Shown: positions 7,675 through 16,673, numbered from the stretch's first letter. The stretch is DNA of 64,000 nt from an uncultured Rhodobacteraceae bacterium (GCA_937895435.1 CALAXT010000018.1:3216-67215), one strand, 5' to 3'. A program made the numbers and translations. The notes: a model not told the origin generated them from the sequence alone.

Positions 7675-7701
7675 GAAACGGCGCAATGTCAGTTCCCTTT
7701 A
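7675..7701 (-). promoter_or_regulatory. Sigma-28-like promoter for flgM inside the 3' end of flgA
   Basis: The minus strand reads TAAA-GGGAACTGACATTGC-GCCGTTTC. TAAA and GCCG sit at the exact 15-nt spacing, and the GCCGTT core is shared with the fliS promoter. The 3' half of the -10 is poor. It lies ~23 nt upstream of the flgM ATG. Confidence 0.4.
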
Positions 7702-8531
7702 GCCATCACTGCAATTTTTTTTGGGCCGACCACAACTCCCTGCACAACCTGCCCACTCGACAGGTTCCGGGCGGTCACATCTTCGCCGTATTGGCCATCA
7801 GAAAGGGCCTGCCCCGAAACACTAACGCTCACGCCTCCAATCCTTATTTCTATGACAATTTCTTGATCTTTTTCGACCAACCAATCCAATTCCAAGTGGC
7901 GCGCCTTAACCAGTTGCCCAAGGCTGAGCGAGGCCTTTAGCCGCCGCCCCAATACGGTATTTGGGTCAGAAAAAATTCCCACAGTTTCTGGGCCTGATAC
8001 CGGCACCAGCGCCAAATCCCCCGGCGCGATCGTCTCGCCGCGTTTCATAGACCGCACGAGGGCCAGCCCCATGGCATTTGCAGCCATAGGGTCGTTGCCC
8101 GTATCGTGAGCCCCCTCGGGCATCGCTGTTGTACCCTGATCGGGGATATCTTCGCGGGGCGGCAGCAAGGGCCGCGCACCCATTGGCTCCGCCCCACTGC
8201 GCACAATGGTCCGCCACGGGGTCGGTTTGGCACAGGAAACCTCAACCGTGCGCCAGCTGTCCTGGCGCGGTTTAATTGTCAAAGGTTCTGCACAAGGCGA
8301 AAATCGCCGACTGTCTGACAGACTGGGCGCCCCGGTCATGCCCTCTTGCGTCAATCGCGCAATGATCTGCGCGCTGACATCAGCCCCTGTCAAGCTTTTC
8401 AGGCCGGGTGCGGGATCAGTTTGGGCCGATGCTTGACATGTCAGCCCCAGCGTTACGATCACCCCAAGGGCACGCATCATGACAGCCAGCCTGTTGCCAG
8501 CCACATCAGAAGCGAGCGCAGCGTTAATCAT
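7689..8531 (-). CDS. flgA: Flagellar P-ring assembly chaperone FlgA
   Basis: C-terminal SAF/FlgA pattern: ...GRRLKASLSLGQLVKARHLELDWLVEKDQEIVIEIRIGGVSVSVSGQALSDGQYGEDVTARNLSSGQVVQGVVVGP. Signal peptide MMRALGVIVTLGLTCQASA. Start is uncertain: ATG 8531 overlaps the flgT stop as ATGATTAA, ATG 8480 is the alternative, and the track start 8615 is unlikely. Confidence 0.8.
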   Translation of the reverse strand: MINAALASDVAGNRLAVMMRALGVIVTLGLTCQASAQTDPAPGLKSLTGADVSAQIIARLTQEGMTGAPSLSDSRRFSPCAEPLTIKPRQDSWRTVEVSCAKPTPWRTIVRSGAEPMGARPLLPPREDIPDQGTTAMPEGAHDTGNDPMAANAMGLALVRSMKRGETIAPGDLALVPVSGPETVGIFSDPNTVLGRRLKASLSLGQLVKARHLELDWLVEKDQEIVIEIRIGGVSVSVSGQALSDGQYGEDVTARNLSSGQVVQGVVVGPKKIAVMAKGN

Positions 8532-9675
8532 CGCTGATAATTTCGGCCTCAACTCCGGCCAAAGATTCCAGCGCACGTTTACGATCGATAGGCACCAAAA
8601 GGCTTGAATGCGCATCCAATTCCGTTACCCGCAGCAGCGTGAATGGCGTGTTTATGCCCTGTGTCAGCGCCAAACTGCCCGACCGCACACCATCAGCACG
8701 CCCCAACGGCAACCGCAACCCCTGCCCCTCAACCCGAAGCGCAGCTTTGAGGGGAGCACAGGCAACACCCTCGACCAAAGCATCCAAATGCGGGCGGATG
8801 TTGGCCAACAATTCGCTCGTGATCGCATCACGACTTTTGCGGGTAAGCACATCAACAGCACGCAAGGGCGTGTTGCGGCCCAAAACCACGCTTTGCTCAA
8901 ACACAGTATCACGCACCAGCTGATAGGTGCCACCGGCCAGCAAGACCGAGCGCAAGCGCAAGGTCACATCTTCCCGGCCCGATTTGGTTTTGTTGTAGAA
9001 AATTGAGATTTCGGGCCGAAATGCATACGAATGCTGTGCCACCCGTACCACGCTTGATGTCAGGGCCATATAATCAAAAGCATCATTTTTTGATGTCAGG
9101 CGTGCAGGATCTAATACTATGGTCTCTTGACGCGTCAGTGTCACATCTCTGCGGCTGCTAAGTGCATCGCCCAACGCACGGGCAATTTGCCCCATCACGG
9201 GCTGAAGCCAGGCCGGAGCCTTGGGATCAAGGCGCAAGATGGGCGCGAAAGACGTAACATCCAACGCGCGGCGATGCGCACAAACCGACGCAGGCCGGGT
9301 GCCGACATAGGCCTGCACGTCAACCTCAACCAATGTGCCTTTCACACGTTCTGCCAAAACCGTGTAATCCATGATCCGGCTGGCAGGGCTGACCAAAAAC
9401 TGATCGCTGACGACCACACCGCTGCTTATGGCAGTAACGCCGCTGACATTGGCTCCACCCTCAAGGGCCGCCAGATACAGCGCATCTTGCAGCGCCACGC
9501 GCAGTGCGGCAGGTTTATCGACAGTACCGGTGATTGCGGCGCGCCCCGTTGCCTTAATCGCACGCGGGGCCTCGGCCCAAACGGCGGGCACCCCCATCAG
9601 GCCTATCGCAATCAGGGCTACAAAAAGCGCCATGCACAGATTGCGGCACATCCATGTTACGGGGCGCACGTGCAT
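8524..9675 (-). CDS. flgT: FlgT-like periplasmic flagellar (H-ring) protein
   Basis: 383 aa with a signal peptide (...GLMGVPAVWA/EA). The N-terminal IKATGRAAITGTVDKPAALRVALQDALYLAALEGGANVSG fits the FlgT_N/LPP20-like pattern. Size and position (between flgP and flgA) match Vibrio/R. sphaeroides FlgT. Confidence 0.6.
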   Translation of the reverse strand: MHVRPVTWMCRNLCMALFVALIAIGLMGVPAVWAEAPRAIKATGRAAITGTVDKPAALRVALQDALYLAALEGGANVSGVTAISSGVVVSDQFLVSPASRIMDYTVLAERVKGTLVEVDVQAYVGTRPASVCAHRRALDVTSFAPILRLDPKAPAWLQPVMGQIARALGDALSSRRDVTLTRQETIVLDPARLTSKNDAFDYMALTSSVVRVAQHSYAFRPEISIFYNKTKSGREDVTLRLRSVLLAGGTYQLVRDTVFEQSVVLGRNTPLRAVDVLTRKSRDAITSELLANIRPHLDALVEGVACAPLKAALRVEGQGLRLPLGRADGVRSGSLALTQGINTPFTLLRVTELDAHSSLLVPIDRKRALESLAGVEAEIISDD

Positions 9676-9678
9676 CCG

Positions 9679-10206
9679 CTAGCCCCGTGCTGCTTTCAGC
9701 AGATAGCGCACCATGTCGCGGTCCAACTCTAACACCACCTCATAGGTGTCGGTGCCCATTGGGGTGATCCGCACCGTGCGCGCCCCGCGGATCAGACCTT
9801 GGATCTGAGCACGCAGGGTGTCGTTTTGCACAACAGCGTCTGAAACCATCGTTTGACTGTCGATCCGAATGCCATGGACCTGTTCGGTTAGGTTGCGCAC
9901 GGCCTCCATTCGCGCAGCACGAATGGCCATCAGACGCTGCTGATTGCGCGAACTGGCGGGTTGCGCGGAAATTGACGCATAGCCCATGCCGTTGATGGTT
10001 GGAACCAACTCTGCCTTGACCGATGTCATATCCATCAAATCTTTGGTCAGCGCCAAATCACGGGTGGGGGCGCCGGCGTCGCTGTTCAGCATGCTCACAG
10101 CACTTGGCATGCTCATTTCACAGGCAGGCAGGGCCAGCAGGGCCAGGATCAGCGCCAGCCGCGTCGGGCGGGCGGATTGTTTTTCTTTGGTCGGTCTTTG
10201 CTGCAT
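9679..10206 (-). CDS. flgP: FlgP-like outer-membrane lipoprotein (LPP20 family)
   Basis: Start set at ATG 10206 because the sigma-54 promoter at 10257-10271 lies inside the longer track ORF. Lipobox LALLALPAC. The C-terminal AIRAARMEAVRNLTEQVHGIRIDSQTMVSDAVVQNDTLRAQIQGLIRGARTV fits the FlgP/LPP20 pattern. Confidence 0.7.
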   Translation of the reverse strand: MQQRPTKEKQSARPTRLALILALLALPACEMSMPSAVSMLNSDAGAPTRDLALTKDLMDMTSVKAELVPTINGMGYASISAQPASSRNQQRLMAIRAARMEAVRNLTEQVHGIRIDSQTMVSDAVVQNDTLRAQIQGLIRGARTVRITPMGTDTYEVVLELDRDMVRYLLKAARG

Positions 10207-10256
10207 CTGCGCCACGGCCAACGCTCCTTCGCATATCGATGATCTGCGCCCCCCTT

Positions 10257-10271
10257 GCATCATCCGTGCCA
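10257..10271 (-). promoter_or_regulatory. Sigma-54 promoter of the flgP-flgT-flgA(-flgM...) operon
   Basis: The minus strand reads TGGCACGGATGATGC (perfect -24 TGGCAC, -12 GC present as ATGC). It lies ~50 nt upstream of the flgP ATG. Confidence 0.6.
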
Positions 10272-10313
10272 AAGGTGCGCAGCGGGTATGCGGGGCGCCG
10301 CGATGGGGGCATT

Positions 10314-10328
10314 TGGCACATAAATTGC
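10314..10328 (+). promoter_or_regulatory. Sigma-54 promoter of the flhA-flhF-flhG-fliA operon
   Basis: The plus strand reads TGGCACATAAATTGC, a perfect TGGCAC-N5-TTGC, ~95 nt upstream of the flhA ATG at 10423. Confidence 0.75.
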
Positions 10329-10422
10329 CTTGTTCAGACCAAGAAGCGTCACAGCCATGGCAATCCGGTCCAAAGCCCTGCCCCACTTGTGATTTGCAGC
10401 AATGAAACGACAGGAGTGCGTC

Positions 10423-12546
10423 ATGGAATTGACAGGGGGCAAGTTCAGCCTGAGCAAAGTGCGCGATAGCGTCACCGGCTCAGTCTTGCCTGTTGGCATT
10501 CTTATTTTGATCGCCATGATGGTTTTGCCGCTGCCTACCGTGCTGCTGGATATGTTTTTCGTTCTGAATATTCTCCTGTCGCTTGTTATATTGATGGTGG
10601 CGATGCACACATATCGCCCGCTTGATTTTTCCAGCTTTCCCAGCCTTTTGTTGATTGCAACCGTGCTGCGATTGTCGCTGAACGTGGCATCCACGCGGAT
10701 CGTGCTGTCAGAGGGTCACACCGGGGCGGGCGCGGCGGGCGTGGTCATTCAGGCCTTTGGCGATTTTGTCGTGGCTGGCAATTTCACGGTTGGTATTTTT
10801 GTTTTTATTATCCTTGTGATCATCAACTTGGTGGTGATTACCAAAGGCGCAGGGCGTGTGTCTGAAGTTTCCGCGCGTTTCACGCTGGACGCCATGCCCG
10901 GCAAACAGATGGCGATTGATGCCGATTTGAACGCGGGCATCTTGTCTTCAGAAGAGGCAACGGTGCGCCGCGCTGATGTCGCAAAAGAGGCTGATTTTTA
11001 CGGCGCAATGGACGGTGCCTCTAAGTTCGTCAAAGGCGATGCGGTCGCGGGCCTGATGATCTTGGCCATCAACATTGTGGGCGGCCTGATCATTGGTGTG
11101 ACCCAGCATGACATCCCCGTGGGCGAAGCCGCGCAAACCTATATTTTGCTATCGATCGGCGATGGGCTTGTGGCCCAAATCCCATCCCTGCTGTTGTCGA
11201 TTGCAGCCGCAATCATCGTGACGCGCGTGTCTGATAATACTGACATGGCCGAACATATGGGCAAGCAAATCGCCATTTCACGGGCCTGGATTCCAGTGGC
11301 TGGCATCATGTTCATGATCGGCATCGTCCCGGGTATGCCCACGCTTTTGTTCATGGTGGCGGCAGCCGCTGCAGCCATCGCCGCCCGCCTGTCCTATCTC
11401 GCCGAGGAACGCCGCGCCAATGGCCAAGAGGATGAGGCCGAGGTGATGCCACCTGACATGGCCGAAAACCCTGACCTTTTCGATTTGCAAGATATCACCG
11501 ACAACTCAGCCATTTCGATCCAACTGGGATATGGGTTGCTGGATCTGGTAGATGAGGAAAAAGATGGCCCCCTTGTGCGTCGGATCACTGCAATCCGGCG
11601 CGAAGTGTCTCGCGCGCTCGGCTTTGTCGTGCCAACTGTCCGCCTGCGCGATGATCTGTCCCTCAAAGCCAATCAGTATCGCATTCGGATTGGTCAAACA
11701 ATCGTGGCCGAAGATGTGATTTACGCCGACCGGAAACTGGCACTGGCCGGATCAAATTCGACCATCAAAATGGAAGGGATCGATGTTAAAGACCCCTCAT
11801 TCGGGATGGATGCAACTTGGATCATGCCGCGCCAAGAAGCCGAGGCCGAAGCAAATGATTATGTCGTGATCCAGCCCGACTCGGTTATGGCCACGCATCT
11901 CAGCCAAATCATCACCAAACATGCAGGTGAGCTGATCGGCCAAGACGATGTGCAGATGCTGTTGGACAATTTGGCCAAAACCGCGCCACAACTGGTGCAA
12001 TCTATCGTGCCAAAACTGGTGCCGTTGCACAATCTAACTGGCATCCTGCGTGAATTGCTGCGCGAACGAATCCCAATCAGCGATTTGCGCCGAATTCTTG
12101 AGGTGCTGCCCGGGCTGGCCAGCCGTAATCTGTCTGTGCGCGACACCGCCGAGGCCCTGAGGCCCGCATTGGCGGGGCTGCTGATCCAACAGGTCGCACC
12201 GCTGAACCAGCCGCTGCCAGTGATCACGCTGAGCTCAGACATGGAACACGTGCTGATCACCACAGCCCGCCAAAGCAATGATGGCGAATTAATGCTGGAA
12301 AGCGGGCTTGCGCGTAAATTGTTGCAAGCGATTTCTGAAACCAACGAACGGCTTGCCGCCAACGGCCAGCAAGCCGTAATGGTGGTTGCGCCGCAAATTC
12401 GCCGCCAGTTTTCCGATATGGTGCGCCAGCATTTGCCCGACACCATCATTCTCAGCTTTAACGAACTGCCTGATGCCCGCAAGGTTGATGTTGTGGCCAC
12501 GCTCAACGGCAATGGGGCCATCCCCGATCTGCCGCCTGCGAAATGA
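10423..12546 (+). CDS. flhA: Flagellar type III export gate protein FlhA
   Basis: 707 aa from ATG 10423 (AGGAG 6 nt upstream; the track start at 10402 is less likely). Typical FlhA N-terminal TM region (...VLPVGILILIAMMVLPLP...FPSLLLIATVLRLSLNVASTRIVL...), FHIPEP-type loop and C-terminal cytoplasmic domain. Confidence 0.95.
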   Translation: MELTGGKFSLSKVRDSVTGSVLPVGILILIAMMVLPLPTVLLDMFFVLNILLSLVILMVAMHTYRPLDFSSFPSLLLIATVLRLSLNVASTRIVLSEGHTGAGAAGVVIQAFGDFVVAGNFTVGIFVFIILVIINLVVITKGAGRVSEVSARFTLDAMPGKQMAIDADLNAGILSSEEATVRRADVAKEADFYGAMDGASKFVKGDAVAGLMILAINIVGGLIIGVTQHDIPVGEAAQTYILLSIGDGLVAQIPSLLLSIAAAIIVTRVSDNTDMAEHMGKQIAISRAWIPVAGIMFMIGIVPGMPTLLFMVAAAAAAIAARLSYLAEERRANGQEDEAEVMPPDMAENPDLFDLQDITDNSAISIQLGYGLLDLVDEEKDGPLVRRITAIRREVSRALGFVVPTVRLRDDLSLKANQYRIRIGQTIVAEDVIYADRKLALAGSNSTIKMEGIDVKDPSFGMDATWIMPRQEAEAEANDYVVIQPDSVMATHLSQIITKHAGELIGQDDVQMLLDNLAKTAPQLVQSIVPKLVPLHNLTGILRELLRERIPISDLRRILEVLPGLASRNLSVRDTAEALRPALAGLLIQQVAPLNQPLPVITLSSDMEHVLITTARQSNDGELMLESGLARKLLQAISETNERLAANGQQAVMVVAPQIRRQFSDMVRQHLPDTIILSFNELPDARKVDVVATLNGNGAIPDLPPAK

Positions 12547-12574
12547 AAGGGCAAAAAATGAAAGAGGGTGACCA

Positions 12575-13927
12575 ATGAGTTCCCAAGTTTTTTCTGCCCG
12601 TGACAGCGCCTCGGCGATGGATCAGGTCTTTCGCACCATGGGCGAGGATGCGTTCATTCTGGAAACCCGCACCCGAGACGGTATGGTCGAAATTGAAGCC
12701 ACGATGGAGCTTCCCAAACCCACCCGCCCACGCCAGCGCCCCAAACAGGCGTTCAAAGAGATCATTGAGGCCAAGGATGCTGATCTGGCCAACAAAGGGA
12801 TCAAGCTTGTCAGCTTGAGCCAAGCCGATGACGATGCGCAAGAGGATGCCCCCGAAGACAAAGCGACAGAAGCGCTGACGCACACGCCGTCACAGCGCAT
12901 TGCTGAACAGCCAAGCATCACAGCACAGCCCCAGCCCGCAGCAAAAGAAGAAGCGCACACACAAACTGCGGCCGCCCCGACTTTTGTCAAAGCCATCCCG
13001 GCCAAACCATATGCTTTTTTCACCGAAGCCAAAGATGCACCCATCGCAGGCCCAGCCGATACGGCCCGGCTTGACGCGATTGAAGACAGGCTTGGCGGCA
13101 CGCAGAAATCACTTGCCAATTTGACAGCACAAATCGAAACGCATTTCCAAACGCTGAGCGCAGCGCTGGCAGCCCTTGCGTCAGCACAAACCGCCTCACC
13201 TGCGCACACACAGGCGACCCCCACGGGCATCCAAACAACACCCAGCTTACGGCCAGGTCCGGCAGAGTTGCCACCACTTGACCCCGAAGAAACCGCCCAA
13301 GCCCTTGCCGCACCGCGCGCCCATCAACGGCTTGAGGCCCAAATACTGCTGGTTTGCGGGCCAAGCGGGTCGGGAAAGACAACGCTTTGTGCAAAGCTGG
13401 CCGATCGCGCGATGGCCCATGGCGCGTCCGAAATCGAATTTGGGGAATTGGCCGGCCCCGACCGCATCGCAGATCGACTGCTGCGCGATTGTGCGCGGAT
13501 CATGCAAATTCCCATGCGCAAGATCACGCCCGAAAGCGGCTTGGCTTTGGGCAAATCGGGTCGGCTGATCATTGAAATCAGCACATCCCGCGCGGATGCC
13601 CATGCCTTGATGGTGCAGTGCCAAAAATCCGTCGGGGCCGCAAATGTCACGACAGTTTTATGTCTGCCGGGGGGCGCCAGCACCGCGATGATTGACACAC
13701 AGCTGGACCGCTTTGCCAAATTAGAGCCTGTTGTGGCGCTGACAAAATTGGATGAGTGTGGGCTGGAACGCGATCAAATTCGCGCATTATCTGAGGAAAT
13801 GCCACGTGTGGCGATTTTGGCCGGAACGGCTTCGCTTTATGGTGGATTAGAAATCGCCGAAAACGACAATTTGGCCCGATATCTGCATCAGATTTGCCAA
13901 GAATGTAAAAAGGCTGAGGCGCAATGA
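12575..13927 (+). CDS. flhF: Flagellar SRP-type GTPase FlhF (divergent G-domain)
   Basis: 450 aa. Acidic, low-complexity N-terminal half. G1 LVCGPSGSGKTT and G4 LTKLDE are present, but where DTAGR (G3) is expected the sequence reads IIEISTSR. Followed by flhG with an ATGA overlap. Confidence 0.8.
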   Translation: MSSQVFSARDSASAMDQVFRTMGEDAFILETRTRDGMVEIEATMELPKPTRPRQRPKQAFKEIIEAKDADLANKGIKLVSLSQADDDAQEDAPEDKATEALTHTPSQRIAEQPSITAQPQPAAKEEAHTQTAAAPTFVKAIPAKPYAFFTEAKDAPIAGPADTARLDAIEDRLGGTQKSLANLTAQIETHFQTLSAALAALASAQTASPAHTQATPTGIQTTPSLRPGPAELPPLDPEETAQALAAPRAHQRLEAQILLVCGPSGSGKTTLCAKLADRAMAHGASEIEFGELAGPDRIADRLLRDCARIMQIPMRKITPESGLALGKSGRLIIEISTSRADAHALMVQCQKSVGAANVTTVLCLPGGASTAMIDTQLDRFAKLEPVVALTKLDECGLERDQIRALSEEMPRVAILAGTASLYGGLEIAENDNLARYLHQICQECKKAEAQ

Positions 13928-14706
13928 CAATTTCTCTTGCGATTGCAAGTGGTAAGGGTGGGGTCGGCAAGACCACCATCGCGGTCAACCTTGCGATCAC
14001 GTTGCAACGCATGGGGTCGCGCGTGACGATGATGGATGCCGATTTCGGTCTGGCTAATGCTCATATTTTAATGGGCCAAAACCCCAAGATCACCATGTCA
14101 GATGTGCTGGCGGGCGAGAACAGTGTGCAAGACGCGCTCAGCGAAGGGCCAGCAGGTATCAAATTTCTGTCAGGCGGCAGTGGCCTGCTCGATATGTTGA
14201 ACCTTGATGCCGAGGCCCGCTATCGCACAATCAGGGCTTTGGATGAGATCGAAAACCAGACCGATGTCTTGATGGTGGATACCCCGGCGGGCGCATCAGA
14301 CAGCACGCTGTCGTTTGTCTTGGCCAGTGACAAAGTTTTGGTGGTGATTGTGGGCGAGCCGACCAGCCTGATGGATGCCTATGCAATGATCAAGGCGGCC
14401 CATATGGAACAACAGGTCGATAAGTTTTCTGTTGTGGTCAACATGGTGCGCGATGCCGATCAGGGGATGGCGCATTTTGAAAAATTCCGCGCCATCACCC
14501 GGCGCTTCTTGGATGTTGAACTGAGCTATGCCGGCCATGTGCCGCAATCACAGGCCCTGCGCAATTCAATCGTCCGCCGCTCACCCATTGCCCTGCATCC
14601 TGAACACACCCGCGAAAATCGGGCGTTTGAGGCGATCGCACGCGAAGTTCTGCGCGCACCCTTCCGGGGTGGGCAGGGTGTGCGCTTTTTCAACTCTGAC
14701 CGCTAA
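13924..14706 (+). CDS. flhG: MinD/ParA-type flagellar number regulator FlhG (FleN)
   Basis: 260 aa. Deviant Walker A IASGKGGVGKTT and MDADFGLANAHILMG. Sits between flhF and fliA as in polar-flagellate gammaproteobacteria. Confidence 0.9.
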   Translation: MTISLAIASGKGGVGKTTIAVNLAITLQRMGSRVTMMDADFGLANAHILMGQNPKITMSDVLAGENSVQDALSEGPAGIKFLSGGSGLLDMLNLDAEARYRTIRALDEIENQTDVLMVDTPAGASDSTLSFVLASDKVLVVIVGEPTSLMDAYAMIKAAHMEQQVDKFSVVVNMVRDADQGMAHFEKFRAITRRFLDVELSYAGHVPQSQALRNSIVRRSPIALHPEHTRENRAFEAIAREVLRAPFRGGQGVRFFNSDR

Positions 14707-14723
14707 GCGGCGAAAGCAAGCAA

Positions 14724-15446
14724 ATGAACGCCCTTTATCCGGAGCAAAATCCAACGATCGAGGATCTTGTCCAAGGGCATATGAATTTGGTCCGCAAAAT
14801 CGCCTTTCATCTGCATGGGCGGGTTCAAGGCGCGGTTGAGGCGGAAGATCTGATCCAAATTGGCTGTATGGGTTTGATTGATGCTGCCCAGAAATACACA
14901 CGCCAAGAGGGCGTGGCCTTTGCCGCCTATGCTGCCATCCGAATTCGCGGCGCAATTTTCGACTTTTTGCGGAAAAATTCAAACCTTTGCCGCACCACAA
15001 TTCGCATGCAGCAAAAAGTGCGCGCAGCCACCGACGCGCTTAGCCGCAAATTGCAGCGCGCACCGGAACCCGCCGAATTGGCCACCGAATTGGGCATTCC
15101 GCTGACAGAATTGCAAGAATGGCAAACGGCCTTTTCCGCTAATGTGCATCAGTCGATTGACGAAGTGTATGATGATTTTTCGATCTGGTTCACCTCAGAT
15201 ACGCGCACACCCGAACAAGAGCTGAACAACACCCAAATTCGGGCCTTGCTGGCCGCGGCCGTGAAATCTCTGCCAGAACGTGAGGCGCTCGTGCTGCAAC
15301 TTTACTATGTTGAAGAGTTGAACATTTACGAAATCGGCGCAGTGCTTGAGGTCACGCCAGGCCGCGTGTCACAGCTAAAGACCAGCGCAGTCAAACGATT
15401 GCGCACGATCCTGAGTGACGTAGACGGGGCAGAGATTTTATCATGA
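14724..15446 (+). CDS. fliA: Flagellar sigma factor FliA (sigma-28)
   Basis: 240 aa. Sigma-70 family regions 2-4 (LVRKIAFHL..., DLIQIGCMGLIDAAQKY, C-terminal LNIYEIGAVLEVTPGRVSQLKTSAVKRLR). Follows flhG. Confidence 0.9.
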   Translation: MNALYPEQNPTIEDLVQGHMNLVRKIAFHLHGRVQGAVEAEDLIQIGCMGLIDAAQKYTRQEGVAFAAYAAIRIRGAIFDFLRKNSNLCRTTIRMQQKVRAATDALSRKLQRAPEPAELATELGIPLTELQEWQTAFSANVHQSIDEVYDDFSIWFTSDTRTPEQELNNTQIRALLAAAVKSLPEREALVLQLYYVEELNIYEIGAVLEVTPGRVSQLKTSAVKRLRTILSDVDGAEILS

Positions 15447-15856
15447 GCCGTGGTGAGTGGCAGCCCACCCGCACCGTTCAAATGTCTGTTCAAACGGCTG
15501 AGCAGCATATTTTGGGCCACGCAGGCCCACCCGAACTTTATCTGACCACAGCGCTGATCAGCATTGCGCGTGGCACCTGTATTTTACAAATCCGCCCCGT
15601 CACCCAACCGCAAGTCGGTGCGGTGGGCACATTGAATATCGCGCATGACCGCCCCGTCATGCGTGCAGATGCCGCGCTGCCGACAGATCTTTTTGAACAG
15701 CTGATCACCGCACTTTGCCGCCCGTTGCCGCGGCCTGCGACGGTAATTTTGTTGTTAAATGAGCCGCTGATTGTAAGCGTCAATGGCTATCTTGATATTG
15801 CAGAAGACACCGAACGGCTGATCACAGATCTGTCATGGGTCTTGCCGCTGCAATAG
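15443..15856 (+). CDS. Hypothetical protein translationally coupled to fliA
   Basis: 137 aa. Its ATG overlaps the fliA stop (ATGA). It is the last gene before a hairpin terminator. No recognisable motif, TM or signal peptide. Confidence 0.5.
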   Translation: MSRGEWQPTRTVQMSVQTAEQHILGHAGPPELYLTTALISIARGTCILQIRPVTQPQVGAVGTLNIAHDRPVMRADAALPTDLFEQLITALCRPLPRPATVILLLNEPLIVSVNGYLDIAEDTERLITDLSWVLPLQ

Positions 15857-15873
15857 AGCGGCAGCGCCCAGAT

Positions 15874-15894
15874 GCGCAGGCCCAAAGCCTGCGC
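15874..15894 (+). terminator. Hairpin terminator after the flhA-...-fliA-orf137 operon
   Basis: GCGCAGGC-ccaaa-GCCTGCGC (8-bp stem) followed by aaattttac, in a 55-nt gap between convergent genes. Confidence 0.5.
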
Positions 15895-15911
15895 AAATTT
15901 TACATCAAATA

Positions 15912-16673
15912 TTAGCTGTCAATCAGGCGCTTGCCCAAATCAACCTCAGTCTGCAGCGCACGCGAATTTGCGTTATAGATCTGCTGGGCGCGGATCATCA
16001 TCGCAAGCTCATTGGTCAGATCAACGTTCGACACTTCCAGCGCACCGGCCTGTACCGTGCCAAAGGTTTCACCACCCGGCCTGCCATAGGTGGCCACACC
16101 CGATTCCCGGCTGACGGCAAACCGGTTTGATCCCAGCGGCTGCAACCGCGCCACATCCACAAAACTGGCGAGACCAACCTGCCCGACCTTGATCGCTTCA
16201 TTCTGGCCATACACCGCCATGATCGCGCCATCTGAATTCACATTAACAGCCTCAAGTGCCGCCCCCATCCAAGATGCGGGCAGTTGCAGCGGCTCAAGCT
16301 CATCAGACAGATATGAAAACCCCTCGGACGAGACCAGATAGCCCTCAGAATCCACCGTTACACCGCCTTCGCGGGTAAAGATCGGCGCAGCGGATCCGTC
16401 GCGTGGGCCCAAGACAAACATGCCCTGACCCAGCACAGCCAAATCAAGCGTGTTTTGTGTGGTTTCTATCGACCCTTGGCTGAACGCTCGGCGGCTGCCC
16501 TCAAGCTTGACGCCAATCCCTTGGGTTTGGTTGCCAACTGTCGCAGCATAGACATCGCTGAAACTGGCAGTCGATCGTTTGAAACCCGCTGATTTCGCAT
16601 TCGCCATATTGTCGGTGATGATGTCGAGTTGGCGCGTCGATGCAGCCAGGCCAGAACGGATTGTGTCGAACAT
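15912..16673 (-). CDS. Short FlgE-like hook/rod-family paralog lacking a D2 domain
   Basis: 253 aa. The N-terminus MFDTIRSGLAASTRQLDIITDNMANAKSAGFKRSTASFSDVYA...GIGVKLEGSRRAFSQGSIETTQNTLDLAVLGQGMFVL is FlgE-like. The C-terminus ...GALEVSNVDLTNELAMMIRAQQIYNANSRALQT fits the flagellar basal-body rod/hook C-terminal pattern. GGTGG lies 7 nt upstream of the ATG. It is additional to flgB, C, F, G and E. Confidence 0.75.
   Translation of the reverse strand: MFDTIRSGLAASTRQLDIITDNMANAKSAGFKRSTASFSDVYAATVGNQTQGIGVKLEGSRRAFSQGSIETTQNTLDLAVLGQGMFVLGPRDGSAAPIFTREGGVTVDSEGYLVSSEGFSYLSDELEPLQLPASWMGAALEAVNVNSDGAIMAVYGQNEAIKVGQVGLASFVDVARLQPLGSNRFAVSRESGVATYGRPGGETFGTVQAGALEVSNVDLTNELAMMIRAQQIYNANSRALQTEVDLGKRLIDS

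Noticed and set aside
10207-10386. A Cys/His-rich N-terminal extension (CHGCDASW...CAKCPH) on the flgP ORF that looks like a zinc ribbon
   Set aside because: The sigma-54 promoter for this operon (10257-10271) lies inside the extension. A proper lipoprotein signal begins at the internal ATG 10206. The extension is therefore untranslated promoter and leader DNA.
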